The position numbers and the translations under genes are program-made. Below are positions 55,622 to 64,000 of a stretch of DNA of 64,000 bases, in pieces. Origin of the DNA: an uncultured Collinsella sp. (GTDB lineage: Bacteria > Actinomycetota > Coriobacteriia > Coriobacteriales > Coriobacteriaceae). Position 1 is the stretch's first letter; the number at the start of each line of letters is the position of its first letter. The stretch covers positions 5,220 to 69,219 of the forward strand of contig URPJ01000010.1 of NCBI GenBank assembly GCA_900549745.1. The letters run 5' to 3'. The notes under the pieces were generated by a model that was given only the letters and a program-made list of their open reading frames with translations, did not search any database and had not been told where the DNA came from.

Positions 55622-56665
55622 TTAGCGCTTGCGGGGGACGAGTTTGGTGCGGCGCAGGTGGATCATCTCGGCGGCGATGGAGATGGCGATCTCCTCGGGG
55701 TCCTCGGCCTCGATGGCAACGCCGATCGGCAGGTGCAGCCCGTCGATCTGGTCCTGCGTAAAGCCCTCCTGCTCCAAGCGAGCCCGCACAAAGGCCGTCT
55801 TGCGGCGCGAGCCAAGGCAACCCAGATAGGCGGGCTTGGCGCGCATGGCCTGAATCACCACGTCGATATCGGACTTGTGGCCTGCTGTGGCCACGACCAC
55901 CAAGTCGCGCGGACCGATGGGGCACTGCTCGCCCAGGTTCTTGTAGTCGACCAGACGACGGTCGTAGACACCGGGTACCCATTCGGGCGTCAGCGTGCCG
56001 GGGCGGTCGTCGCACGCCACGACGGCAAAGCCCGCCGCCGTGAGCACCCGCGCCGTCGCAGCACCCACGTGGCCGCAGCCAAAGATATAGGTCAGGCCCT
56101 CGGGGCAGAGCGTCTCGATGTGCGCGGGAGGAATCTCGGAGGCGGCGTTGGTGTAGGTGGCCTTACTCCCCTCCTCCACCAGCGAAAGCCCGGGGCAGCC
56201 CGCAATGGTGCGGCGCGATTCCTCGCCATGATACTCGGCAACATCGCCTTCGAGCGCGTTTGCGATAAACGGTTCAAAGTCGATGACGAAGTCGCCGATG
56301 CGTCGATATGCCAAGACGTCGGCAGCCGACTGGAACAACGGTGCCTTGGTCGCGTCCAGGTGCAAATAGCACAGGCAGATGGCTCCGCCGCAGATCATGC
56401 CGGTATCGGAGTTCTCGCCGCCCATGGTGTAGCGGACCAGACGCGACTGTCCCGCGCTCAGGAGCTCGCGTGCCTCGTCCAGCGCAAAGAGCTCGATCTT
56501 ACCGCCGCCGATGGTGCCCGCCTGGCTACCGTCGGCAAAGACGGCCATCCAGGCGCCCACGCCGCGCGGCGACGACCCCGCCGTGCCGGCCACGACCACC
56601 AGCTCGCACGTCTCGCCAGCACGCAGGGCGGCAAGCGCCGCATTCACAACATCGAGCTTTTCCAT
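55622..56665 (-). CDS. XdhC/CoxI family molybdenum hydroxylase maturation factor
   Basis: GSSPR..GA, GTIGGG, GMICGG, IFGCGHV, YLGCLGSRRK, PIG...PEEIAISI. Confidence 0.93.
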   Translation of the reverse strand: MEKLDVVNAALAALRAGETCELVVVAGTAGSSPRGVGAWMAVFADGSQAGTIGGGKIELFALDEARELLSAGQSRLVRYTMGGENSDTGMICGGAICLCYLHLDATKAPLFQSAADVLAYRRIGDFVIDFEPFIANALEGDVAEYHGEESRRTIAGCPGLSLVEEGSKATYTNAASEIPPAHIETLCPEGLTYIFGCGHVGAATARVLTAAGFAVVACDDRPGTLTPEWVPGVYDRRLVDYKNLGEQCPIGPRDLVVVATAGHKSDIDVVIQAMRAKPAYLGCLGSRRKTAFVRARLEQEGFTQDQIDGLHLPIGVAIEAEDPEEIAISIAAEMIHLRRTKLVPRKR

Positions 56666-56674
56666 TGCCGCCTT

Positions 56675-57469
56675 CTATCCTCTAAAGACATCGGTGAGCA
56701 TAGCGAGTGCCTCGAGCACGCCGCCGCCGACCGACGTCGCCTTGTCCGAAATATAGTTGATATAGCTGGCATCGCCGCGCGGATCGACATCGGCGCATTT
56801 TAAGCCCTCAGTCACCTGCACGCCGTTCGCCAAAAGCCCGCGCAGACAGCCATCGATCTGCGTGCACATGGGCGTATCGCCCACGTAGCCAATCACGTCT
56901 CCGGCGCTCACGATGTCGCCGATTGCGCGGTCGGACCGAAACACGCCGGCGGCGGGGCTGTGGATAACGCGTTCTTTGCCATAGCCGGCGATAATACCCG
57001 GCACGCCCGTGTTGGGCTGGGGCGAACCTTGGGTAATGACACGGCCGAGAAAATGCCCGCGCATGGTCTCGACCACAGCGTCGCAGTCAACCGGCGCGGT
57101 AAAGCCCGGCCCCACGGCAATAACGGCAGGCGCCATGTCGCGCGTGGTGCCCAAGTTATGCTTGGCCAGAATCGCGTCGACCACAGCCGCGGGTTTCAGT
57201 TCGTCGAGCATCTTGGCCTGGGGGTCTACCACGACGGCGACGTCTCCGGCCTCGGTAATTGCAAGCGCCTCTGCCGGCGTCTGCGCCAAGCGGGCGCGAA
57301 TGCCCTCGACCTCGACCTCGCCCAAGCGAATGGCCTCGCAAAAACTGATTGTGCGGCGGATGCACGTGGGAACCGCGATATCGGCCATAACGACCGACAC
57401 GCCGGCGCGCACCAAGCGAGCGGCGACGCCCGTGGCGATATCGCCGGCGCCGCGAACATAAACGAGCAT
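56675..57469 (-). CDS. yqeB: Selenium-dependent molybdenum hydroxylase system protein YqeB
   Basis: VRGAGDIATG, IRRTISF, VDAILAK, GPGF, ETMRGH.LG, DVDPR, SDKA..VGGGVLEA. Confidence 0.92.
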   Translation of the reverse strand: MLVYVRGAGDIATGVAARLVRAGVSVVMADIAVPTCIRRTISFCEAIRLGEVEVEGIRARLAQTPAEALAITEAGDVAVVVDPQAKMLDELKPAAVVDAILAKHNLGTTRDMAPAVIAVGPGFTAPVDCDAVVETMRGHFLGRVITQGSPQPNTGVPGIIAGYGKERVIHSPAAGVFRSDRAIGDIVSAGDVIGYVGDTPMCTQIDGCLRGLLANGVQVTEGLKCADVDPRGDASYINYISDKATSVGGGVLEALAMLTDVFRG

Positions 57470-57571
57470 TCCCGGGACACCTCCCTGTGCTACGGTTTGA
57501 GCAGAGCAAAAGCGGTCCGACCGCTACTCTGATGATTATTTATTATCACAGTATTATACGGCGGTGAACAG

Positions 57572-58306
57572 ATGGAAACGGTTAGCGGCAATCTTGCCTC
57601 GGCGCTCAGGATCGAGCCGGGCATTACCGCGATTATCGGCAGCGGCGGCAAGTCGACGTTGCTGAAAACGCTGGGTCTCGAGCTCATGCGCGCCGGCGGC
57701 GGGGTGCTCCTCTGCACCACCACGCACATGTTTCCCGTCGCCGGCGTCCCGTGGGACGGGTCGAATCGTCGCCTGGGTGCCGCACCTTGGAAGCCGGGTG
57801 CCGCGCATGTTCCCGGCTGCACCTGTGAGGCGTGCGCGGGACTTGCCCGCGGGAGTATTTGCCAGGCGGGTGTCTTAGACCCGGAAACAGGCAAGCTCTC
57901 CGCACCCGCCGAGCCACTCAACGAGCTGGCACAGCGCTTTGACTACGTGTTGGCCGAGGCGGACGGCAGCAAGCGGCTCCCGCTCAAGGCGCACGCCCCG
58001 TGGGAGCCGGTAATTCCCTCTGGCACGGCCAACATCGTCTGGATCGTCGGCGCCTCGGGGTTCGGCAAGCCCATCAACGAAGCCGTCCACCGCCCCGAGC
58101 TCTTTTGCGAGCGTTGCGGCTGCGAGCTCACTGACATCGCCACGCCCGAGCGCGTCGCCATGGTGCTCAATGCCGAGATGCAGGCGCTGAAACTCAGCAC
58201 CGCACGCGTCATGCTCAACCAAGTCGACACGCTCAGCGACCCCACGATGGCCGACCGCTTCGAGGCAGCTCTCGACCGTCCCGTCGTCGCCAGCAGCCTC
58301 AAGTAG
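57572..58306 (+). CDS. yqeC: Selenium cofactor biosynthesis protein YqeC
   Basis: GSGGKST, TTTH, EADGSKRLPLKA...EPVIP. Divergent from yqeB. Confidence 0.88.
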   Translation: METVSGNLASALRIEPGITAIIGSGGKSTLLKTLGLELMRAGGGVLLCTTTHMFPVAGVPWDGSNRRLGAAPWKPGAAHVPGCTCEACAGLARGSICQAGVLDPETGKLSAPAEPLNELAQRFDYVLAEADGSKRLPLKAHAPWEPVIPSGTANIVWIVGASGFGKPINEAVHRPELFCERCGCELTDIATPERVAMVLNAEMQALKLSTARVMLNQVDTLSDPTMADRFEAALDRPVVASSLK

Positions 58307-58322
58307 CCGGCCCCATCTCCTC

Positions 58323-58389
58323 AGTTGCGGTGAAATACGGACTGTTTGGCCGCCCGACGGCCGCAAACAGTCCGTATTTCACCGCAACT
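58323..58389. repeat. 67-bp palindromic dispersed repeat, copy 3 (perfect arms)
   Basis: AGTTGCGGTGAAATACGGACTGTTTG...CAAACAGTCCGTATTTCACCGCAACT between convergent genes. Confidence 0.92.
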
Positions 58390-58415
58390 GAGGAGGGGAC
58401 ACGGTATCTTTGCTG

Positions 58416-59783
58416 CTAGCGGGGCACGTAGCGGCCGGGCTGGGCTCCGGTGGGCTCGCCATCGCGTGCCGCCAGCACGCCGTTCACAAACACGGCCTTG
58501 GCGCGGCCATGTGCCTCAAAACCCTCGAGCGGCGTGTAGTCCACAGCCTGATGCTGCGTCGCCGCGCTAATGGTCCAGCGCGCCTTGGGATCCCACACGC
58601 ACACGTCGGCATCGGCGCCCTCGGCAAGACAGCCCTTACGCGGATACATGCCAAAGATGCGCGCCGGGTTCTCGCTCATCAAGCGGCACAGATCCTCGGG
58701 ACCCAGCTGTCCCTCAAAGCTCGTAGCGATCGCGACAGGACGATGCTCCACGCCGGGTCCGCCGTTGGGAATCGCGCGGAAATCGTCGCGTCCGCGGTCC
58801 TTTTGCCCGTGCAGGTTAAAGCTGCAATGATCGGTCGCAATCGTATCGATCTCGCCGGCCACAAGCGCCTCGCGCAGCGCGGCACGGTCACCGGCATGGC
58901 GCAGCGGCGGGCTCATCACGTACTTGGCGCCCGCAAAGCCGTCCTCGCCCTGCTCCAGATAGCAAGTATCGTCGAGCATCAGATACTGAGGGCAGGTCTC
59001 GACATAGATATTCTTCTGCCCGCGCGCCTTGGCGGCACGGATGGCCTCAAGACCCAGCTTGGTCGAAAGGTGCACCACATTGACTGGAGCGTCCCCGGCT
59101 AAGTGCGCCAGATACAGCAGACGACTCACGGCCTCGGCCTCGCACACGTCCGGACGGCTGAGCGCATGCCCCTCGGGCCCATGAATCCCCTGCTCGTACA
59201 CGCGCTTCTGCAGTTCATTCACCAGCGTACCGTTCTCGCAATGCACGCAGAGCATGCCGCCCACGCGCTTGAGTTCCTCCAGCACCTCGAGCGTCTCGGC
59301 GTCGTCCAGGCGCAGGTGGTCATAGGCAAAGTAGGTCTTAAACGACGACACGCCCGCCTCGCGCATGGCCGAAAGATCGGCGCGGTTGCGTTCATTCCAC
59401 TCGGCGAGTGCCATATGAAACGCGTAGTTGGCCGTGCAGGTTCCGTCGGCGCGGCGATGCCACTCGGCCAAGGCATCGGGCATGGTCACGCCGCGATCGG
59501 CCGTCGCGTAGTCCACGATGGTCGTCGTACCGCCGCAGGCAGCCGCACGCGTACCGGTCTCAAAGCTATCAGCCGTCCAATCCATGCCAGTCCAGCACTG
59601 CATGTGCGTGTGGCCGTCGATAAAGCCGGGGAACACCCAACAGTCGGTGGCGTCCTGGACGGTATCGCCCTCGCCCGGCTCGATTGCCGCGGCAATCCGC
59701 ACGATCTTATCGCCCTCCATGGCAAGATCGGCGCGGCGAAGCCCCTGGGGCGTCACGAGCGCGCCGTTTTTGATGATGATCAT
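58416..59783 (-). CDS. hydA: Dihydropyrimidinase / D-hydantoinase (HyuA-like)
   Basis: PGFIDGHTH, GGTTT, SSFK, VHCEN, VVHLS, ETCPQYL, SPPLR, TDHC. Confidence 0.92.
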   Translation of the reverse strand: MIIIKNGALVTPQGLRRADLAMEGDKIVRIAAAIEPGEGDTVQDATDCWVFPGFIDGHTHMQCWTGMDWTADSFETGTRAAACGGTTTIVDYATADRGVTMPDALAEWHRRADGTCTANYAFHMALAEWNERNRADLSAMREAGVSSFKTYFAYDHLRLDDAETLEVLEELKRVGGMLCVHCENGTLVNELQKRVYEQGIHGPEGHALSRPDVCEAEAVSRLLYLAHLAGDAPVNVVHLSTKLGLEAIRAAKARGQKNIYVETCPQYLMLDDTCYLEQGEDGFAGAKYVMSPPLRHAGDRAALREALVAGEIDTIATDHCSFNLHGQKDRGRDDFRAIPNGGPGVEHRPVAIATSFEGQLGPEDLCRLMSENPARIFGMYPRKGCLAEGADADVCVWDPKARWTISAATQHQAVDYTPLEGFEAHGRAKAVFVNGVLAARDGEPTGAQPGRYVPR

Positions 59784-59792
59784 AATTGCTCC

Positions 59793-60407
59793 TTATTGAT
59801 TGATGCAGTTGGCCACGCGATCAAAATACGAGCAGGCGGCGATATGCTCCGTTATGCGTTGCTGTCCCTTGGCGGTATCGACGTCCCACAGCTCGTAGGC
59901 ACGCGCCTCGACCAGCACCACATCGGTACGGTCCTTGAGGATCGAACCGCCGCCGTCCTTGCCCTCAAGACGTATGAGCGCATCGAACAATTCCGCCGGA
60001 AAGAGCACCGGACTCGAAGGCTCACCGTTGCACGCAAGACGCGCCGGATGTTTGCGGCCACGCTCGTCAAATGCACGAACCATAGCCTCAAAAGAATCCA
60101 AACTCACGAGCGGCTGGTCGCCCGGCAAAAAGAGGCAACCTTTCCAGTTGCGTTCTGCCCCCCACGAAAGGCCGGCCTTAATGCTTTGACTGCGCAGCTC
60201 GCCATCGTGCAGCACGCACGGGCAATGCTTGTCCTCGCAAATCTGAGCGACCTCGGGCCAACGCGTCGAAACCACGACGTCAAAGCCCCGGGGAACCGAA
60301 TCGATGGTCCGGGCAATCAGCGGCTCGCCATAGATATCGGCAAGCATCTTGTTAGAGCCAAACCGCTTGCCCTCGCCCGAAGCCATAATGACGCATCCAA
60401 GTTTCAT
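59793..60407 (-). CDS. MocA/YgfJ-like molybdenum cofactor nucleotidyltransferase
   Basis: MASGEGKRFGSNKML, GDQP, PVLF, GKDGG, DVDT. Confidence 0.85.
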   Translation of the reverse strand: MKLGCVIMASGEGKRFGSNKMLADIYGEPLIARTIDSVPRGFDVVVSTRWPEVAQICEDKHCPCVLHDGELRSQSIKAGLSWGAERNWKGCLFLPGDQPLVSLDSFEAMVRAFDERGRKHPARLACNGEPSSPVLFPAELFDALIRLEGKDGGGSILKDRTDVVLVEARAYELWDVDTAKGQQRITEHIAACSYFDRVANCINQ

Positions 60408-60494
60408 GGTGATACCTCCCCTGAAACCATCGTACCCATAACTCGCGCCGCGGGCATCCACATCGAAAGCGCTTATCCCGCACGCCCGCGATGC

Positions 60495-60534
60495 AAAAAA
60501 GGGGCACCCCGCCGGTTGGCAGAGCGCCCCCTTT
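60495..60534 (-). terminator. Intrinsic terminator after ygeW
   Basis: A6 run plus GGGGC...GCCCC hairpin. Confidence 0.65.
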
Positions 60535-60557
60535 ACATGGCTTACCTCAACCCGGCT

Positions 60558-61760
60558 TTAAGCCTGGAGCCAACGGGCGGTGTTGCGCTCGTCGAGGGCC
60601 TTGAGGGTAGCGGCGGGATCGGCAACCTTCTGCAGGAACATCATGGCAGCGATGGCGTACGGCTTGTAGCTGGCCTCCTTGTACATGCCCACGCGGTGCA
60701 TGTCGAAGACGTCGGCGTTAACCTCGCCGTGCTCGCAGGAGACACCGGAGATGTCGGCGGGCAGCGGGTGCATAAAGATGGTGTCCTGGCCGTTGGCAGT
60801 CTTCTCCATGAGCTCGGTCGTGGAGCACCAGTCCTGATGGGTGGCGTTCTGGGCGAGCAGCTCCTTCTCGAGCGCTGCGATGCCGGCGTCGTCGCCCTCG
60901 GCGTACAGGTTGGTGCGCTTCTCCATGGCGGCAAACGGAGCCCAGCTCTTGGGGATCACGATGTCGGCGCCCTCGAAGGCCTCGGCCATGGTGTTGACCT
61001 GCTTAAAGGTGGTGCCGGACTCGGCGGCATAGCCCTTGGCGCGCTCGACGACCTCGGGCATGAGGTCATAGCCCTCGGGGTGAGCCAGGGTGACGTCCAT
61101 GCCAAAGCGGGGCAGCAGGCTGATCAGCGACTGCGGGCAGGACAGCGGCTTGCCGTAAGAGGGCGAATAGGCCCAGGTGACGGCAACCTTCTTGCCCTTG
61201 AGGTTCTCGAGGCCGCCAAACTCGTTGATGAGGTAGAGCATGTCGGCAGAGGACTGCGTGGGGTGATCGGAGTCGGACTGCAGGGAGATGAGCGTGGGAC
61301 GGTGATCCAGAACGCCGTCCTCGTAGGCCTGCTGCACGGACTCGGAGACCTCGGCCATGTAGGCGTCGCCCTTGCCGATGTACATGTCGTCGCGGATGCC
61401 GATGACGTCGGCCATGAAGGAGATCATGGTAGCGGTCTCGCGGACGGTCTCGCCGTGAGCGATCTGGGACTTCTTCTCGTCCAGGTCCTGCAGCTCAAGG
61501 CCGAGCAGGTTGGCAGCCTTAGAGAAGGAGAAGCGCGTACGGGTGGAGTTGTCGCGGAACAGGGAGACGGCCAGGCCCGAGTCGAAGATCTTGGACGAAA
61601 CGTTGTTCTCACGCAGCTCGCGCAGGGCGTCGGCGACGATGTAGAGAGCCTTGAGCTCGTCGGTGGTCTTATCCCAGGTGTGCAGGAAGTCGCTGCCGTA
61701 CATGCCCTTAAAATCGAGGCCGTTCAGCTGCTCGACGAGCTCGGTAAACTTAGCGTCCAT
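60558..61760 (-). CDS. ygeW: Knotted carbamoyltransferase YgeW
   Basis: FRDNSTRTRFS, SQIAHGETVRET, DHPTQ, WAYSPSYGKPLS, MHPLPADI. Start at ATG 61760. Confidence 0.95.
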   Translation of the reverse strand: MDAKFTELVEQLNGLDFKGMYGSDFLHTWDKTTDELKALYIVADALRELRENNVSSKIFDSGLAVSLFRDNSTRTRFSFSKAANLLGLELQDLDEKKSQIAHGETVRETATMISFMADVIGIRDDMYIGKGDAYMAEVSESVQQAYEDGVLDHRPTLISLQSDSDHPTQSSADMLYLINEFGGLENLKGKKVAVTWAYSPSYGKPLSCPQSLISLLPRFGMDVTLAHPEGYDLMPEVVERAKGYAAESGTTFKQVNTMAEAFEGADIVIPKSWAPFAAMEKRTNLYAEGDDAGIAALEKELLAQNATHQDWCSTTELMEKTANGQDTIFMHPLPADISGVSCEHGEVNADVFDMHRVGMYKEASYKPYAIAAMMFLQKVADPAATLKALDERNTARWLQA

Positions 61761-61960
61761 GGAAATGTCCTTTCTAAAGATGAAACGATCGCAATGAGTA
61801 GATGTGCTCCGGCATGCGCGTGTAGCCAGAACATGCAGAGCACCATGACGAGGACCCGCCACCGTTGAGGAAGCATGGGAGATAACGACCGCGGGCCCCA
61901 AGTCAACAGGGGTGCCGGGGACACGAGCGGCCCCCGGCTCAACAAGATCGTGGAATGGGA

Positions 61961-63346
61961 CTAATCGATCTTGTTGTCGGTCAGACCGGCGCGGAACACG
62001 GTGGCGTCGCCATCGGCCTGGCTCGGATCGTAGAGGTTCAGGGCAGCCACGTACATGGCGGCAGCGGTGACCAAGTCGTCCTTGTAGGTGACCTCGTTGG
62101 GAGCGTGAGCCTGAGACTCGGCACCCGGGCCAAAGCCCACGCAGGGGATGCCGTAGCGGCCCTGGATGGAGACGCAGTTCGTGGAGAAGGTCCACTTGTC
62201 GCACAGCGGGCGACCGGTGCGCTTGTCCATGCTAGGCTCGCAGCCGATGCGCTCGTCACCAAACATGGCCTTGTGGGCGTCGACGAGGGCCTTGACGTGC
62301 GGAGCGGTCTCCTTGTTGATCCACGTGGGGAAGTAAGCCTCGGTCTCGTAGACCTCGCCGGTCCAGGACGGACGGTCGTACATGTACATGGAGACCTTCA
62401 CGTCGTCGCCGTACTTCTTGGCGGCCGGCAGGTTGCGGATCTCGTCCAGGCAGGACTCCCAGGTCTCACCGGCGGTCATGCGACGGTCGATGGAGATGGC
62501 GCAGGAGTCAGCGACAGCGCAGCGGCTGGGACTGGTGTAGAAGATCTGGCTGACGGTGCAGGTGCCGCGGCCAAGGAAGCGGGCATCCTCGAAGTGCTCG
62601 GGGTTGTACTTGGGGTCGAGCATCTTGACGAGACCCTTGATGTCGGTCGACTCGTCGCAGCCGTTGTTGTTGAGGGCGCGGACGTCGGCGATGATGTCGG
62701 CCATCTTGTAGATGGCGTTGTCGCCGCGGTCGGGAGCGGAGCCGTGGCAGGAGGTGCCGTGAACGTCGACACGGATCTCCATGCGGCCGCGGTGACCGCG
62801 ATAGATGCCGCCGTCGGTGGGCTCGGTGGAAATGACGAACTCGGGCTTAATGCCGTCCTTGTTGTAGATGTACTGCCAGCACATGCCGTCGCAGTCCTCT
62901 TCCTGGACGGTGCCGACGACCATGATCTTGTAGCCCTCGGGGATGAGGCCCATGTCCTTCATCATCTTGGCAGCGTAGGTAGCGGAAGCCATGCCACCCT
63001 CCTGGTCGGAGCCGCCGCGGCCGTAGATGATCTCGTCGGTCTCGTAGCCCTCATAGGGATCGGCGTCCCAGTTCTCGATGTTGCCGATACCGACGGTGTC
63101 GATGTGGGAGTCGATGGCGATGATCTTGTCGCCCTCGCCCATAAAGCCCATAACGTTGCCCAGGCCGTCGACCTTGACCTCGTCATAGCCAAGGCTCTCC
63201 ATCTCGGCCTTGATGCAGGCGACAACCTCACCCTCCTCGCAGGACTCAGAGGGATGGGAGATCATAGCGCGCAGGAAGCGAGTCATATCAGCACGATGGG
63301 ACTCAGCAGCGTTTTTAATTGCCTCGAAATCGAGTTCCTTAGTCAT
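61961..63346 (-). CDS. ygeY: YgeY family M20 hydrolase
   Basis: [49 protein letters not shown]. Confidence 0.93.
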   Translation of the reverse strand: MTKELDFEAIKNAAESHRADMTRFLRAMISHPSESCEEGEVVACIKAEMESLGYDEVKVDGLGNVMGFMGEGDKIIAIDSHIDTVGIGNIENWDADPYEGYETDEIIYGRGGSDQEGGMASATYAAKMMKDMGLIPEGYKIMVVGTVQEEDCDGMCWQYIYNKDGIKPEFVISTEPTDGGIYRGHRGRMEIRVDVHGTSCHGSAPDRGDNAIYKMADIIADVRALNNNGCDESTDIKGLVKMLDPKYNPEHFEDARFLGRGTCTVSQIFYTSPSRCAVADSCAISIDRRMTAGETWESCLDEIRNLPAAKKYGDDVKVSMYMYDRPSWTGEVYETEAYFPTWINKETAPHVKALVDAHKAMFGDERIGCEPSMDKRTGRPLCDKWTFSTNCVSIQGRYGIPCVGFGPGAESQAHAPNEVTYKDDLVTAAAMYVAALNLYDPSQADGDATVFRAGLTDNKID

Positions 63347-63450
63347 AACAGTTAACCTTTCTACAAGGGTTTACCTACAGGTAGATATTTCAGATAGATC
63401 ACTTGTGCCAAGCAGCGTGAGGTCGAGTACCCGGCAAGCAAGTAACCATA

Positions 63451-63568
63451 GGAGGCGGACGGAGGACTTTGCTCCGTCGCGAGTTCCGCACGAGCCGGAG
63501 AGCACTTAATGTGCTCTCCGTGCGAGCAGGACTGTCCGAGCAGGGAGTAAAGTCCTCCGGCTGCCTCC
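63451..63568. repeat. Nested hairpin element between dpaL and ygeY
   Basis: Outer GGAGGC..CGGAGGACTTTGCTCC pairs with GGAGTAAAGTCCTCCG..GCCTCC. Inner stem is CGGAGAGCAC-ttaat-GTGCTCTCCG. Confidence 0.75.
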
Positions 63569-63583
63569 GGACAGGTCAGTCTG

Positions 63584-64000
63584 CTAGCAGGTGGGGTACT
63601 CGCCCTCCCAGACGATGCGACGGTACTGATCCGGATCGGTGTCGCCCTCGGTGGAGAAGCAGAGCACGGAGCTCGTCTTGTCCAGGCCGATGAGCTCCTT
63701 GAGCTCGGCGTACTCGGGATCGAGCATGATGGTCTCGACCAGGCCGGTGGTCACCGCGCCGGACTCGCCGGAGATGACGCGCGGGTCGCCCTTCTCGGGG
63801 GCGCCCAGGGTGCGCATGCCGCGAGCGGTGACCCAGTCGGGGCAAGACACGAAGGCGGTGGTGTGGTTGCGCAGGATATCCCAGCCCAGGATGTTGGGCT
63901 CGCCGCAGCACAGGCCGGCCATGATGGAGGGCATGTCGCCGTCCACGATGCGCGGGTCGCCGTCGCCGGCGGCAGCGCCCTTGTACAGGCAGGCGGCAGG
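63584..64000 (-). CDS. dpaL: Diaminopropionate ammonia-lyase, C-terminal part (5' end outside the window)
   Basis: IMAGLCCGEP, ISGESGA, FSTEGDTDP. Lies upstream of ygeY. Confidence 0.92.
   Translation of the reverse strand, partial: PAACLYKGAAAGDGDPRIVDGDMPSIMAGLCCGEPNILGWDILRNHTTAFVSCPDWVTARGMRTLGAPEKGDPRVISGESGAVTTGLVETIMLDPEYAELKELIGLDKTSSVLCFSTEGDTDPDQYRRIVWEGEYPTC

Noticed and set aside
55622..64000. Selenocysteine read-through in the selenium-linked genes
   Set aside because: The ORFs appear full length with no in-frame TGA interruption.

Overview
High-GC chromosomal window. Gene content and protein sequences suggest a gut Coriobacteriia member, probably Collinsella-like (inference, not searched). 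Left to right it holds: gltB/gltD; an NRAMP transporter; rubredoxin and a flavin reductase; smpB; tRNA-Glu and tRNA-Gln; a murR-murQ-murP-mupG peptidoglycan-sugar cluster; VanZ and a lone serine recombinase; rnr; ftsEX; split transketolase; prfB, secA and rpmE; citrate synthase; two Cof/HAD hydrolases; adenine deaminase; tyrS; a U32 protein; a class A PBP; argR; truA; the rplE-to-rplQ part of the spc/alpha ribosomal cluster; and part of the anaerobic purine/urate degradation cluster (xdhC, yqeB, yqeC, hydA, mocA, ygeW, ygeY, dpaL). The least explained signal is non-coding. Two unrelated families of phased arrays carry 15-bp motifs in alternating orientation: an exact 80-bp period on both sides of the NRAMP gene, and an exact 62-bp period behind an orphan ORF. 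There is also a fixed-length 67-bp palindrome in three copies, plus several other palindromic elements. The spc cluster starts at rplE with no rplN/rplX upstream. No database searches were run; all family calls come from recognising motifs.
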